From Vulcanimicrobiota bacterium (GTDB lineage: Bacteria; Vulcanimicrobiota; Vulcanimicrobiia; Vulcanimicrobiales; Vulcanimicrobiaceae): a stretch of 64,000 nucleotides of DNA. The stretch is from assembly GCA_963714015.1 (NCBI GenBank), contig OY970223.1, positions 928,001 to 992,000 on the forward strand. The letters are read 5' to 3'. Of the stretch, positions 31,627 through 41,073 are shown in pieces. Positions within the stretch are counted from its first letter, which is position 1; each line of letters starts with the position of its first letter. The notes beneath the pieces are model-generated. The model was not told the origin of the DNA and made no database searches. It was given only the letters and a program-made list of their open reading frames with translations. Made by a program: the position numbers and the translations under genes.

Positions 31627-32274
31627 GCATGCACCGTCAGCGCGGCACGGCCATGGTCGAGAGCGCGATCTTTCTTCCGTTGTTCTTGCTGGTGCTCTTC
31701 GGCATCATCTGGGCGGTGCAGTCGAGCGTGCAGTCGGAGCGCGTGCAGATTGCCGTGCGCTACGGCGGCCTGGTTTCAAATGAAGCCGCACCGTACGTGG
31801 GCTACAGTCTGTACGGGCTTTACGTGCAAGCAGCGGCGCCGGCTATAACGAACGGCTGCATCGCACCGACGACCGATGCGCTCACGAACTCCGGCACGTT
31901 CCCGGGACCGCAATCGAACACGTTTTGGTCGCCGGAAAATGGTCAAACGAACGGCACGTGCAGCAAAGGTCAAGCGGTGCTTACAGGCGGCGATCTGAGC
32001 AACTCTATCGTGTTTCTGCAGACGACCAGCAATATCACGTACGGAAGTAACCGTTCCGACGCCGCTGCAGTCCACGCTCGGCACCGCGAACCAAAGCCTT
32101 TCGGCAACGGAAAACTTCTTCGACACGCCCGATCTCGGAACGCTGCTCACCTGCTACACCGAGCTCGATACGGCCGTGAAGCAAACACTTGCGAACACGC
32201 CGCAAGGTGTCGTCACCGCGCCGACGCCGATTCCGGACGACAATCCCGTAAACCCGTTGACGGTAGGCTGCTGA
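31623..32274 (+). CDS. tadE: TadE-like pseudopilin, locus 1 (frameshift near 32040)
   Basis: QRG/TAMVESAIFLPLFLLVLFGII; reconstructed C-terminus SATENFFDTPD..LTVGC matches 44800-45486. Confidence 0.8.
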
Positions 32275-33620
32275 TGTCGACGTACGCGCTGGCGATTCCC
32301 GAATCTTACACTCCCCGGCCGGCCGCATACGGAACGCGCGCGCAGCTCAGCGCCCCAACCGGTGACGTCGAAGGGTATCTGGCCTTGGCCGGCTGCGACA
32401 AGCGCGCAGGAACGGCGAGTTATGCGTTGCGTATCGTCAATCAAAGCGACCGCGCACTGCGCGCACGCATGACCTGCGCCACTCTGCGCGGCGAGTCGAT
32501 TCTGGCATATCCGCTGGACGTACACGTCGCGCCTTTCTCGATCTCCGAAACCCTGCTGCCGGTGCGAGTTGCGGACGTCGGACCGTACGATCGCGCCATC
32601 GTCAACGTGGAAGGCGGCGAGATTGCCTTTTCGCTCGAAGCGCCGGCGCCCTCACGCGCCGGCCGCCGCTCGCGCTGGATGATCTATGCAATTCTCGCCG
32701 TGCTCTTGAGCGTTGCCGCGGCATGCGCCGCGGGACTATCGACTCCGCGGCTGGCGCTGCTGGCGGCGCCGCGTCGCACCTTTGCGGGAACTGCGATCGA
32801 CGTGCCTTACGCATTCGGCGGCTGGGCTGCGATGCAATACGCGCTTCAGACGCCCGACGGCCGTCAACTCGCCGCCGGTATGACCGGCGCTCACGAAGGC
32901 ACGCTGCAGTTCACCGTTCCCTCGTCGGCCGGAAACGACGTCGTGCTTTCCGTCAACGTCACGGGCCTGTTCGGTCATACGTCGACGACGCGGACGATCG
33001 CGATCGCTCCGCAGGTTCAGCACCGCGCCGCTCGCTCGCCGCTCGTTCCACGCATCACCGCCTTTGCGGTTTCACCGAACGTGCGCGCCGGCGACACGCT
33101 GCGCGTCAACTATATAACGAATGCGCGCGACGGCGAAGTTTGGCTCATCGACGACACCGGCACCCTTTGGGCTCGCCAACCGGTAAACGGCATGGGAGAA
33201 ACCGATCTCGAGATCCCGCAACAAGCGGCGGGGCGGCAGATGCGTGTCGTATTGCATGCGCGCATCGCCGGTACGGATGCAGTTGCAAGCGCAGTCGTGC
33301 TCGTATCACCCGGATCGGTAAAGGCTCAGCCGGCCGCCGGTGCCGGAACCGCGTCCATTGCGCTTTCTTCCGCTGCGGTTGCGCCGGGCCAGAACTTCAC
33401 CGTCAACGTTTCCGGCGATCACACCGACGCGCAGATCGTGCTCGCCGACAGTTCCGGAAATCAGATCGAGCAAGCCGACGTCCCGGCCGACCAAAGTTCC
33501 GCAACGCTCACGGCGCCTTCGACGGCTTCCCAGCGAACGTACTATGTTACAGCGACCATCAGCCAAGGCGTGAGCCAGGAAACGGTTGTCAGGAAACTGA
33601 CCGTCGCTCCCTCGAACTAA
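32274..33620 (+). CDS. Single-TM hypothetical protein with beta-rich (Ig-like) extracytoplasmic repeats
   Basis: ATG overlaps the tadE stop; TM WMIYAILAVLLSVAAAC; paralog of 46883-48172. Confidence 0.65.
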   Translation: MSTYALAIPESYTPRPAAYGTRAQLSAPTGDVEGYLALAGCDKRAGTASYALRIVNQSDRALRARMTCATLRGESILAYPLDVHVAPFSISETLLPVRVADVGPYDRAIVNVEGGEIAFSLEAPAPSRAGRRSRWMIYAILAVLLSVAAACAAGLSTPRLALLAAPRRTFAGTAIDVPYAFGGWAAMQYALQTPDGRQLAAGMTGAHEGTLQFTVPSSAGNDVVLSVNVTGLFGHTSTTRTIAIAPQVQHRAARSPLVPRITAFAVSPNVRAGDTLRVNYITNARDGEVWLIDDTGTLWARQPVNGMGETDLEIPQQAAGRQMRVVLHARIAGTDAVASAVVLVSPGSVKAQPAAGAGTASIALSSAAVAPGQNFTVNVSGDHTDAQIVLADSSGNQIEQADVPADQSSATLTAPSTASQRTYYVTATISQGVSQETVVRKLTVAPSN

Positions 33621-33672
33621 AACCAAGCGGCAGACCACCCGATGAACCACTTGGAGGGTTCGGAGGCAAAAC

Positions 33673-35064
33673 ATGGACGTGCCCGAAGCCGCGGCGTTAC
33701 CGCGGCTGGCCCATTTTATTCTGGAACGGCATAGACTGCTGGAGCGCTGCACGCCATCCAGCGGGATACTGAAGCTCGTCTTATCGCCGGCGGGCTACGG
33801 GAAGACGGTTCTGGTGACGCAGTTCGCGCGGCTCTACGCCGGGCGCTATGCGTATATTGCTCTGCGTCCCGAGCACGACCGCCCCTGGGTCGAGCGCGCG
33901 ATTCGCGGCGCCATCGAGGGCGGACGGCACCTCATCATCGACGACGCGCACCTCGCCTGCGAAAGCGGACGCGATGCCTTGCGTCAAATGCTCGCAACGC
34001 TCGACGGCGGCGTCGACGCGATCGTGTGCGCGCGCACCCCGGAGGGCGTGGTCGAGCGCCGATCGCTCTTCGACGGTTCCACCGACGTCATCGACGCGGC
34101 GGAGCTTGCGTTTTCGCCGCAAGAACTGCGCGCATTGTGCGGACGCCTCGGCGTAGCGTATCGCGATCAGACGATTCGGCATTTCGAACAGCGCACGGGA
34201 TGCTGGCCCATCGCCGTAAGCGGCGCGCTCCGGGTCGGCGGCGAACGCGCTCTCCCGATCGAAGAAGCAGTCGACGTTTGGTATCAGATACACGGCACCG
34301 CGTTTGCGCGATTCGTCGCCGACGAATCGCTGCTGCTGCCGCAGGGTGCGGCCTTCCTCAAACATGTCCGCCATCCCGGACCGACCTCACAAGAGGAATT
34401 GAAAGCTTGGCACGCGGCGGGGCTCTTCGTCGGGCGCGACGGCCAGGATTTTCGCGTGCTGCCCGTCGTCTACGGCGTCTTCGGAAACGAACCGCAGATC
34501 GGCCCGGGGGCCCAGCTGCCTATGCGCGTCGAACTTTTTAGTGACGACATGCGCACCACCATCGGAGATTTGCGCGTCCAGTGGGTGCGTCACAAGGACG
34601 CGCAGCTCTTCAAATATCTCGTCTTGCGCAACGCGGTCGTCACCCGCGCCGAATTGATGGAAATCTTTTGGCCCGGACGCGAGCGTAACATCGCGGCGCA
34701 AAACTTGCGCACCACGTGCAGCAACATCCGCCGCGCGCTCAAGCGGATCGTCGGCGAGGACTGCGTCACGCGCTACTTCCAGTCGGACGGCAACATTCGC
34801 ATCGTCGCGCCGGCGATGACCGACGCCGACGAATTCCGTGAAACGATCAAACTCGCGCGCACTGCCCTCTCCGGCGGCGACAGCCGCACCGCGCGAGAGC
34901 ACTTCAAGAAAGCCCGCGAAATCTATCGCAACGATCTGCTGACCGGCATGCCGACGTGCGGCTTCGAAGAATTTGCCTGCGCGTTGCGTCAGGACTTCGG
35001 CGAAGCGGTCCACCGCTTGCGAACCCTTCCCGAATTAGCCCGTCCGGCGGCTACCGCCAGTTAG
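33673..35064 (+). CDS. Transcriptional activator: MalT-like P-loop domain + winged HTH + truncated BTAD (regulator 2)
   Basis: ERHRL..SPAGYGKTVL; TRAELMEIFWPG..NLRTTCSNIRRA; TDADEF; IYRNDLLTG; GGAGG RBS. Confidence 0.82.
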   Translation: MDVPEAAALPRLAHFILERHRLLERCTPSSGILKLVLSPAGYGKTVLVTQFARLYAGRYAYIALRPEHDRPWVERAIRGAIEGGRHLIIDDAHLACESGRDALRQMLATLDGGVDAIVCARTPEGVVERRSLFDGSTDVIDAAELAFSPQELRALCGRLGVAYRDQTIRHFEQRTGCWPIAVSGALRVGGERALPIEEAVDVWYQIHGTAFARFVADESLLLPQGAAFLKHVRHPGPTSQEELKAWHAAGLFVGRDGQDFRVLPVVYGVFGNEPQIGPGAQLPMRVELFSDDMRTTIGDLRVQWVRHKDAQLFKYLVLRNAVVTRAELMEIFWPGRERNIAAQNLRTTCSNIRRALKRIVGEDCVTRYFQSDGNIRIVAPAMTDADEFRETIKLARTALSGGDSRTAREHFKKAREIYRNDLLTGMPTCGFEEFACALRQDFGEAVHRLRTLPELARPAATAS

Positions 35065-35705
35065 ACCTTACTCCACCAGGAGAAGGTAAGGGCTACGTCT
35101 GTAGCGTGAAAGCCAGCGAAGCTGAAAACGCAGATCGCCATGTAGGGTGCGAAGGCGATGGGCGTTTTGCCGCGGTCGCGGATGATCGAACCGGCAGTGG
35201 CCGCGAGGCACGCGGCGCCCAAAACGCCGAACGACCAAGGTAACCCGAGAATAGCGCCGGCAAGTCCGGCGAGTTTTGCGTCGCCCCAGCCCATGCCGCG
35301 CCCGCGTGAAAGCCATGCGGCGCAGGCGAACGCCGCGAATGTAATCGCCGCGAAGAGGATGATCTTCCAACCATGCGTGAGCGCCGCGAAGACGATGACG
35401 ATCGCGAGCGGCAGCAATGTGAAGGCGTCCGGGATGCGGCCTTTGCGCGCATCCGCGTACCAGCTTCCAATTAGCGGAATGCCCATCAGCGCGACGAGCG
35501 CGAGTTGCTGTGCGTGCGCGCCGCGCAGGGCAAGCACGGCCCCGACCGCAGCCATGAACACGGCGGGAATCGCCGGACGCAAATGACCGGCTGCCGAGTC
35601 GTCTTCGGCAGTCTCGGCGCCCCCGGCCAGCAGCTGCGCGAGCGCAACTCCCACTGCGCCGGAAGCGGCGAAAATGAACGCGGAGAGCAGCAGCCGCAGA
35701 ATCAC
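35061..35705 (-). CDS. Prepilin peptidase (A24, PilD-like), locus 2
   Basis: YADARKGRIPD, GMGWGDAKL, IAFAPYM; paralog of 20609-21223. Confidence 0.85.
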   Translation of the reverse strand: MILRLLLSAFIFAASGAVGVALAQLLAGGAETAEDDSAAGHLRPAIPAVFMAAVGAVLALRGAHAQQLALVALMGIPLIGSWYADARKGRIPDAFTLLPLAIVIVFAALTHGWKIILFAAITFAAFACAAWLSRGRGMGWGDAKLAGLAGAILGLPWSFGVLGAACLAATAGSIIRDRGKTPIAFAPYMAICVFSFAGFHATDVALTFSWWSKV

Positions 35706-36550
35706 TGCGGATGCTCCAGCAGTTTGGCAACGACCGCGCCGAAGATCAAGAGCATCAGTGCCGGCAGCATGCAAAGGCCGACGGGAAAGACCAGTTTGTT
35801 GGGCAGTTGCGCCGCCAGTTCTTCGGCCCGCATGAAGCGCCGTTCGCGCGTCTCGCTTGCGAGCTGCGCCAAAACCTCGGTAATACTAGCACCTAGGCGT
35901 TCGGACTGCACGATTGCAATCATTGCCGTGGTCACATCCGGTTCCCGAACGCGCTGAGCGAGCGCGACCAGCGCGTCGGCGCGAGAACGGCCCAGCCGAA
36001 TGTCTTGCAGCGCTGCTTGAATCTCCTCGCCCAGCGGTCCGTGCAGCCCTTGCGCGGACGCCAAGATCGCCGCATTGAGTGCGACGCCGGCGTCGACCGT
36101 CGTGGAAAGCACGTCCAAGAAATCGGGAAGTTCGCGGCGCAGGCCCAACTTGCGCCGGTCGATGGCGCGGTTCAATTCACCGGAAGGAAAATAAGCGCCG
36201 CCGGCAGCCACGCAAATCACCAGCACCGCAAAGACCGCGGAGAACTGATGGAAATAGATCATTGCCACAATGCCCAAGATTGCGCCCACAACGGCGCCCG
36301 TCAGAGTACGCGTGGAGAATGCCGACGGCGTGACGTTGTACCAGCCGGCTTCCTGAAGCCGAGCGGAAAGCGCATTGGTGCGGCGTTCATCAAGCAGCCG
36401 GCGAATGAAAGAGTCCTGCTTGCGCTCGATCCCCGCGGACGCGTCCAGCGCGGCAACTCGGGACATGACGTCATCGTCTTTGCGCACCAGCATGTAGACG
36501 ATGCCGCCGGCGGCGACCAGCAACAACAAAATGAGAACCGGAAAGTTCAT
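35702..36550 (-). CDS. tadC: TadC, locus 2
   Basis: ELPDFLDVL, DIRLGRSRADAL, QSERLG, AAQLPNKLVFP. Confidence 0.92.
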   Translation of the reverse strand: MNFPVLILLLLVAAGGIVYMLVRKDDDVMSRVAALDASAGIERKQDSFIRRLLDERRTNALSARLQEAGWYNVTPSAFSTRTLTGAVVGAILGIVAMIYFHQFSAVFAVLVICVAAGGAYFPSGELNRAIDRRKLGLRRELPDFLDVLSTTVDAGVALNAAILASAQGLHGPLGEEIQAALQDIRLGRSRADALVALAQRVREPDVTTAMIAIVQSERLGASITEVLAQLASETRERRFMRAEELAAQLPNKLVFPVGLCMLPALMLLIFGAVVAKLLEHPQ

Positions 36551-36554
36551 ACGA

Positions 36555-37414
36555 TCAAATATCCAATTCCGAAATCTTGTTGAAGAGCCACCATCCCAGC
36601 ACGAGCAGCCCCGCAACTGCGCCCATCACACCGCGCCCGATAATGCGTGTAGAAGAGGCCTTCCCGGATATCGGATTCGAACGTGGTAACGAAGATGCCG
36701 ACGAAAATCGGTAATCCGGTGATGATCCATTTCGTGGCGCGGGCTTCCGCCGTGAGCGCGCGTATTTTTTGCGCAAGCCGTCGCCGCTCTTTGATGGTTC
36801 CGGCCATGTTCTCGAGCACGCGCGAGAGGTTTCCGCCGGTCTGGCCTTGCAGCCGAATCGCGCGAGCCATCATGTTCATCTCGCCCGACGGCATGCGTTC
36901 CGCCAGGGCATCCAGTGCATCGTACAGACTCACGCCGATCTGCGTTTGACTGAGCACGCGCGTGAACTCCACACGGGCGGGGTCCGGCATGTCGGTCGAC
37001 GACGTTCACGAGCGCTTGACGTAATCCCAATCCGACGCGCATCGCGCCCGCGATAAGACGCAGCGCCATCTCCAGCTGATTGTTGAACTGCGCCAAGCGT
37101 TTGCCGATGCGAATGTTGATCCAGGCACGTGCCCCGAAAAACGAGAGTGACGAGGTTATGACGAGCAAGGCGGCGCCGACCAGCAGCGATGGACGCAGCA
37201 TGAACATCACAACGCCCCAGGGGATCGTTCCGAAAGCGAGCACGGCCAGGGCCAGCTCTTCGGATTTGATCGGAATCGCCGCCTTCTCCAGACCGGTGCG
37301 ATAGGGCTCGATCAGCCTGGCGATGACGAGAACGACGCGTTCCCAATACGAGAAGAAGCAGTACGCGACGGCTCCGCCGATACCGATGACGAGCAACGGA
37401 ATGGCAAGCGGCAT
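36555..37414 (-). CDS. tadB: TadB, locus 2 (frameshifts near 36990 and 36640)
   Basis: QLEMALRLIAGAMRVG, LQGQTGGNL, IRALTAEAR. Confidence 0.9.
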
Positions 37415-37425
37415 CTCTCGACTAC

Positions 37426-39485
37426 CTAGAAGGCGACGGCGAGCTTCATCTCGCTCATGCGCGACAGGTCGAACGTGACTCCGTATTCGCCGAAGCGCTG
37501 CATCGCGTAGCGGCTGCACGCCGGTGAAGATGAAATTGCCGTCGGTCTCGCCTTCTTTGTTCAGGCCCCTGCTGCTGGAAGCGGCACGATCTCCATCATC
37601 GAAACCACATCGCCCTCCAGCCCGATTACTTCGCTGATGCTGGTGATTTTGCGCGAACCGTCGCGCATCCGGGCGACTTGTATGACGACGTCGACCGCGC
37701 TGACGATCTGCTCGCGAATCGCCCGCACCGGAATGTCGTATCCTGCCATCAGCACCATCGTTTCAATACGCGAGAGGCAGTCGCGCGGCGTATTGGCATG
37801 TACGGTCGTGAGCGATCCGTCGTGACCGGTGTTCATCGCCTGCAGCATGTCGAGCGCTTCACCGCCGCGGCACTCGCCGACGACGATGCGATCGGGGCGC
37901 ATGCGCAGCGCGTTTCGAACCAAATCGCGGATCTTGATCTCGCCGTGGCCTTCGACGTTGGGCGGGCGTGCTTCCATCCGAACGACGTGATCTTGATCCA
38001 GATAGAGTTCCGCGGCGTCTTCGATCGTCACGATGCGTTCGGAACTCGGCAAAAAATGGGAGAGGACGTTCAGCATCGTCGTTTTGCCCGAGCCGGTGCC
38101 GCCGCTGATGACGATATTGAGCCGGGCCTCGACGCACGCGCGTAAGAAATCCGCCATGACCGGCAGCATCGAGCCGCGATTGATGAGGTCTTCGATGTTC
38201 AGCCGGCGCTTTCCGAAGCGGCGGATCGTGATCGTCGACCCGTCGATCGTGAGCGGCTCGATCGTAGCGTTCACGCGGGAGCCGTCGGGAAGACGCGCGT
38301 CCACCATCGGAACGGATTCGTCGATACGCCGGCCGAGCGGCGAGATAATGCGCTCGATGATCAGACGCAGCTGTCGCTCGTCCACGAACCGCTTCTCGGT
38401 TTTGACGATCCGGCCTTCGCGCTCGGTGTAGATCTTATTCGGGCCGCACACCATGATCTCGGTGATGCTGGTGTCGCGCATCAAATCTTCGAGCGGCCCC
38501 AAACCGAGCGCCTCGTCCAAAATTTCCTGGCGCAGCCTTGCGATCTCTTCGGCAGAACCGGCGTCTTCATGCGAACTGACCAGATCTGGCAGACGGCAGT
38601 TTCGACTTCGGAGCGAAGTTCTTCCGCGCGAAGTTGATCGGCGGCAGCGACGGCTGCGAAGTCGATTCGACGCGAAAGTTCGCTGATGAATTTGATTCTT
38701 CAGATCGTCACGCGCGGTGCGGCGCGGCACGGCGGCGCGCTGTTCGACGTCGGGATTTCCGGCATTCCCGGGATTGCGCGGGCCCAAGCGGCGCTCTCCG
38801 AGCGGAGTTGAAGCGGACGGGCGAAGCAGGAGCACTTCAGCCGGCGGCAGCGCTTCCAGCGCGGCCTGCAGTCCCGCCACGGCTTTTTCGTAGCGGCGGT
38901 CGTCCTTGGGTGGGATTTCCGCGATCATCTGCGCGCCAAGCGCGCGCTCGACGTTCGCGCGCGAAACTTCCGGCCGCGGATGCGCCGTGGAAAGCACGAA
39001 ACGCATGCGATGCGCGGGCACGCCGAACTTGTGCAGTTCGTGCTGCATTGCGCGCGCACCGGTGACGCCCAGGAGGGTTGGTTCGACGACGATGATCATG
39101 CCGGTAGCGCGCACGGCGAACGGCCGGACGGCGGCGGCGAAGGGTTGCGGCGCATCGACGATGACGACTTGAGACTCTTGCAGCGAGGTCGCGAAGAATT
39201 CATCGATGCGATCGGACTTGATGGTAAAACCTTCGTGAATGCTCGCGGCCATCTCGAGCAAGCTCAAGTTCGGGTCCGACCGCGGCAATGCCGAAACCGT
39301 CCGCGGCGCGATGTTCGTCGAGCGTGCGAAAAGCAGTTGAACAACGCAGCGCCGCTGCGGCGGCCGGACAGATCGCCGTCCACCATCAGCGAAGCGGTGC
39401 TTTGAGCGTAGCGCTTGGCCAAATCGACACATAGTGTCGTTGACCCGACGCCGCCCTTCGCGCCGATGACGAGCAGAATCAGCAT
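37426..39485 (-). CDS. cpaF: Fused TadZ/CpaE-like domain + TadA/CpaF ATPase, locus 2 (frameshifts)
   Basis: [29 protein letters not shown] in the same ORF as [30 protein letters not shown]. Confidence 0.9.
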
Positions 39486-39488
39486 GGG

Positions 39489-40355
39489 CTAATGCGTGCT
39501 CGAGCCGTTCTGGACGTGATCGCCCAGAATATACTCGATCCCGTCGCCGCGAGAAGCCGGGGGTGCCGCCGGCGCTGCCGGTTGAGGAGCGGGCGGAGGC
39601 GCAGCAGCCGCGGGTATCGGAGCCGGTGCCGACATGGCCGCCGCGGCGGTCGCCGGAAGCACGAAGGTATCCGTGGGCTCGGATCGGGTGGGTTCATCCG
39701 GCGGCCGCAGCGCCAGACCGTAACGTCGCGTTTAGATCCGCGACCGCGAGCGTTTTGGCTTGATCGGACGACACGCGCAGCGTGACCGAGCGAAGCGCGG
39801 CTTGCGGACCGGGCGTTGCGCCGGCCGGCGGATCGATGAGACCCCCGATCGCCAGAACGATGACGTTGCGAAGGATGGCGAACGCACGCGGCGTCTCAGC
39901 ACCCATTCGCGGCGGGATTGCATAGACGTCGACGTGATCGCCGGGTTGAATGAGACCGGAGACGTCTTTGACTTCGTCGACCGGAATGCTCATGGCGCGC
40001 ATGCCGTCTTTCAAATGAATGAGCGACGGCATGATGCTCGGGACGGCCGCTGTTCGACGACGTGAGCGCGGCGCCGGCCGGAATGTCGGCAAAGGCCACG
40101 TTTCCGTTGACGGCGTCGACGCTCGAGAACGAGCCGGGATCGATGCTGTCGGCGGGGCGCAGCACCGTGCGTACCATCGCAGCGGTGATCTGCTGGCGGG
40201 CTCCGATCGGAACGAGCGCAACCACGACCGGCCGCGGCGGAATTTGCGCCGGCTTGGGAGCGGGGCTGGGCCAGATAATCGAACGCCAGCAGACCTGCGC
40301 CTGCGGCGAGTACCGCTGCGATGATGACGAGCAGCGGCCGTCTCTTGCGGTCCAA
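39489..40355 (-). CDS. cpaB: CpaB/RcpC, locus 2 (frameshifted)
   Basis: N-terminal TM; GMRAMSI, GLIQPGDHVDV, VTLRVS, ADLNATLR. Confidence 0.88.
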
Positions 40356-40361
40356 GGCCTT

Positions 40362-40521
40362 TTAGATGTTGCTGTTAACGGATGCGAACGCGGTCGAAAC
40401 CTTGCTCGCCGAGGGTCGAAATCAGCACGATGCAGACCGCGGCGATCAGCGCGACCATGATTCCGTACTCGACCATCGTGGCGCCGCTCTCGTCGGCGAT
40501 CAGGTTTTTGAGTGCAGTCAT
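40362..40521 (-). CDS. flp: Major Flp pilin, locus 2 (one extra base near 40407)
   Basis: DESG/ATMVEYGIMVALIAAV; AAGGAG RBS; mature sequence matches locus 1 once one G is removed. Confidence 0.92.
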
Positions 40522-40537
40522 TATGTTCTCCTTAACG

Positions 40538-40954
40538 TTAGTAGGGTGAGGTGTCCGGAATACCGTCCATCGTGTCGATGTACGGCGAACCCGGCGGTTG
40601 GAGTATGGTTTTTGCAACCGCGGAGGCGCCTTCGGGAGTCGTCGCCTCCACCGTGATCACCGATCCTGCAATGTAGTTCGGCGCAACGCCCACGGTCATG
40701 ACATACTTGCCGTCGGGTCCGGCCTGAGCGACCACGTGATTGAGCCGCAGTATCGGCAGGTCCGCCGAGACCGCTGCGTAGAGGACGAGATCGACCGCTT
40801 CTCCTGCCGGAGCAGTACCGGAGATATCGAGGCTTTGCGCACCCGTATGGGGGTGCACGGTGAGCGTGAGTGTCCCGGTTGCAGCCAAAGACGGCACTTG
40901 CATACATGCGAACGCTGCAAATGCCAATAGCACTGCCGAAAAACGGTTGAGCAT
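40538..40954 (-). CDS. Secreted hypothetical protein upstream of flp, locus 2
   Basis: Signal peptide, GGAGG RBS; ISGTAP..VSADLP..YIAGSVITVEAT aligns with 27162-27829. Confidence 0.7.
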   Translation of the reverse strand: MLNRFSAVLLAFAAFACMQVPSLAATGTLTLTVHPHTGAQSLDISGTAPAGEAVDLVLYAAVSADLPILRLNHVVAQAGPDGKYVMTVGVAPNYIAGSVITVEATTPEGASAVAKTILQPPGSPYIDTMDGIPDTSPY

Positions 40955-41010
40955 GCGACCTCCATCCGATACACGGCATGCGTGCGCGGCGTGAAGAACG
41001 CTGGGAAACT

Positions 41011-41067
41011 CTTTACTGCGCGTTTATAGCGTGTTTACGCGTAAACGTTTACGCGGCATGGCATAAT
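41011..41067 (+). promoter_or_regulatory. Divergent promoter of Tad locus 2 with heptamer array and extended -10
   Basis: CTTTACT-N4-GTTTATA-N4-GTTTACG, then 22 nt, then CATAAT; palindrome GTTTACGCGTAAAC. Confidence 0.65.
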
Positions 41068-41073
41068 CCTCGT

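Noticed and set aside
31503..33620. 705-aa TadE-Ig fusion ORF
   Set aside because: Artefact of a frameshift near 32040; the true TadE C-terminus is in another frame, matches the locus 2 paralog and stops at 32274
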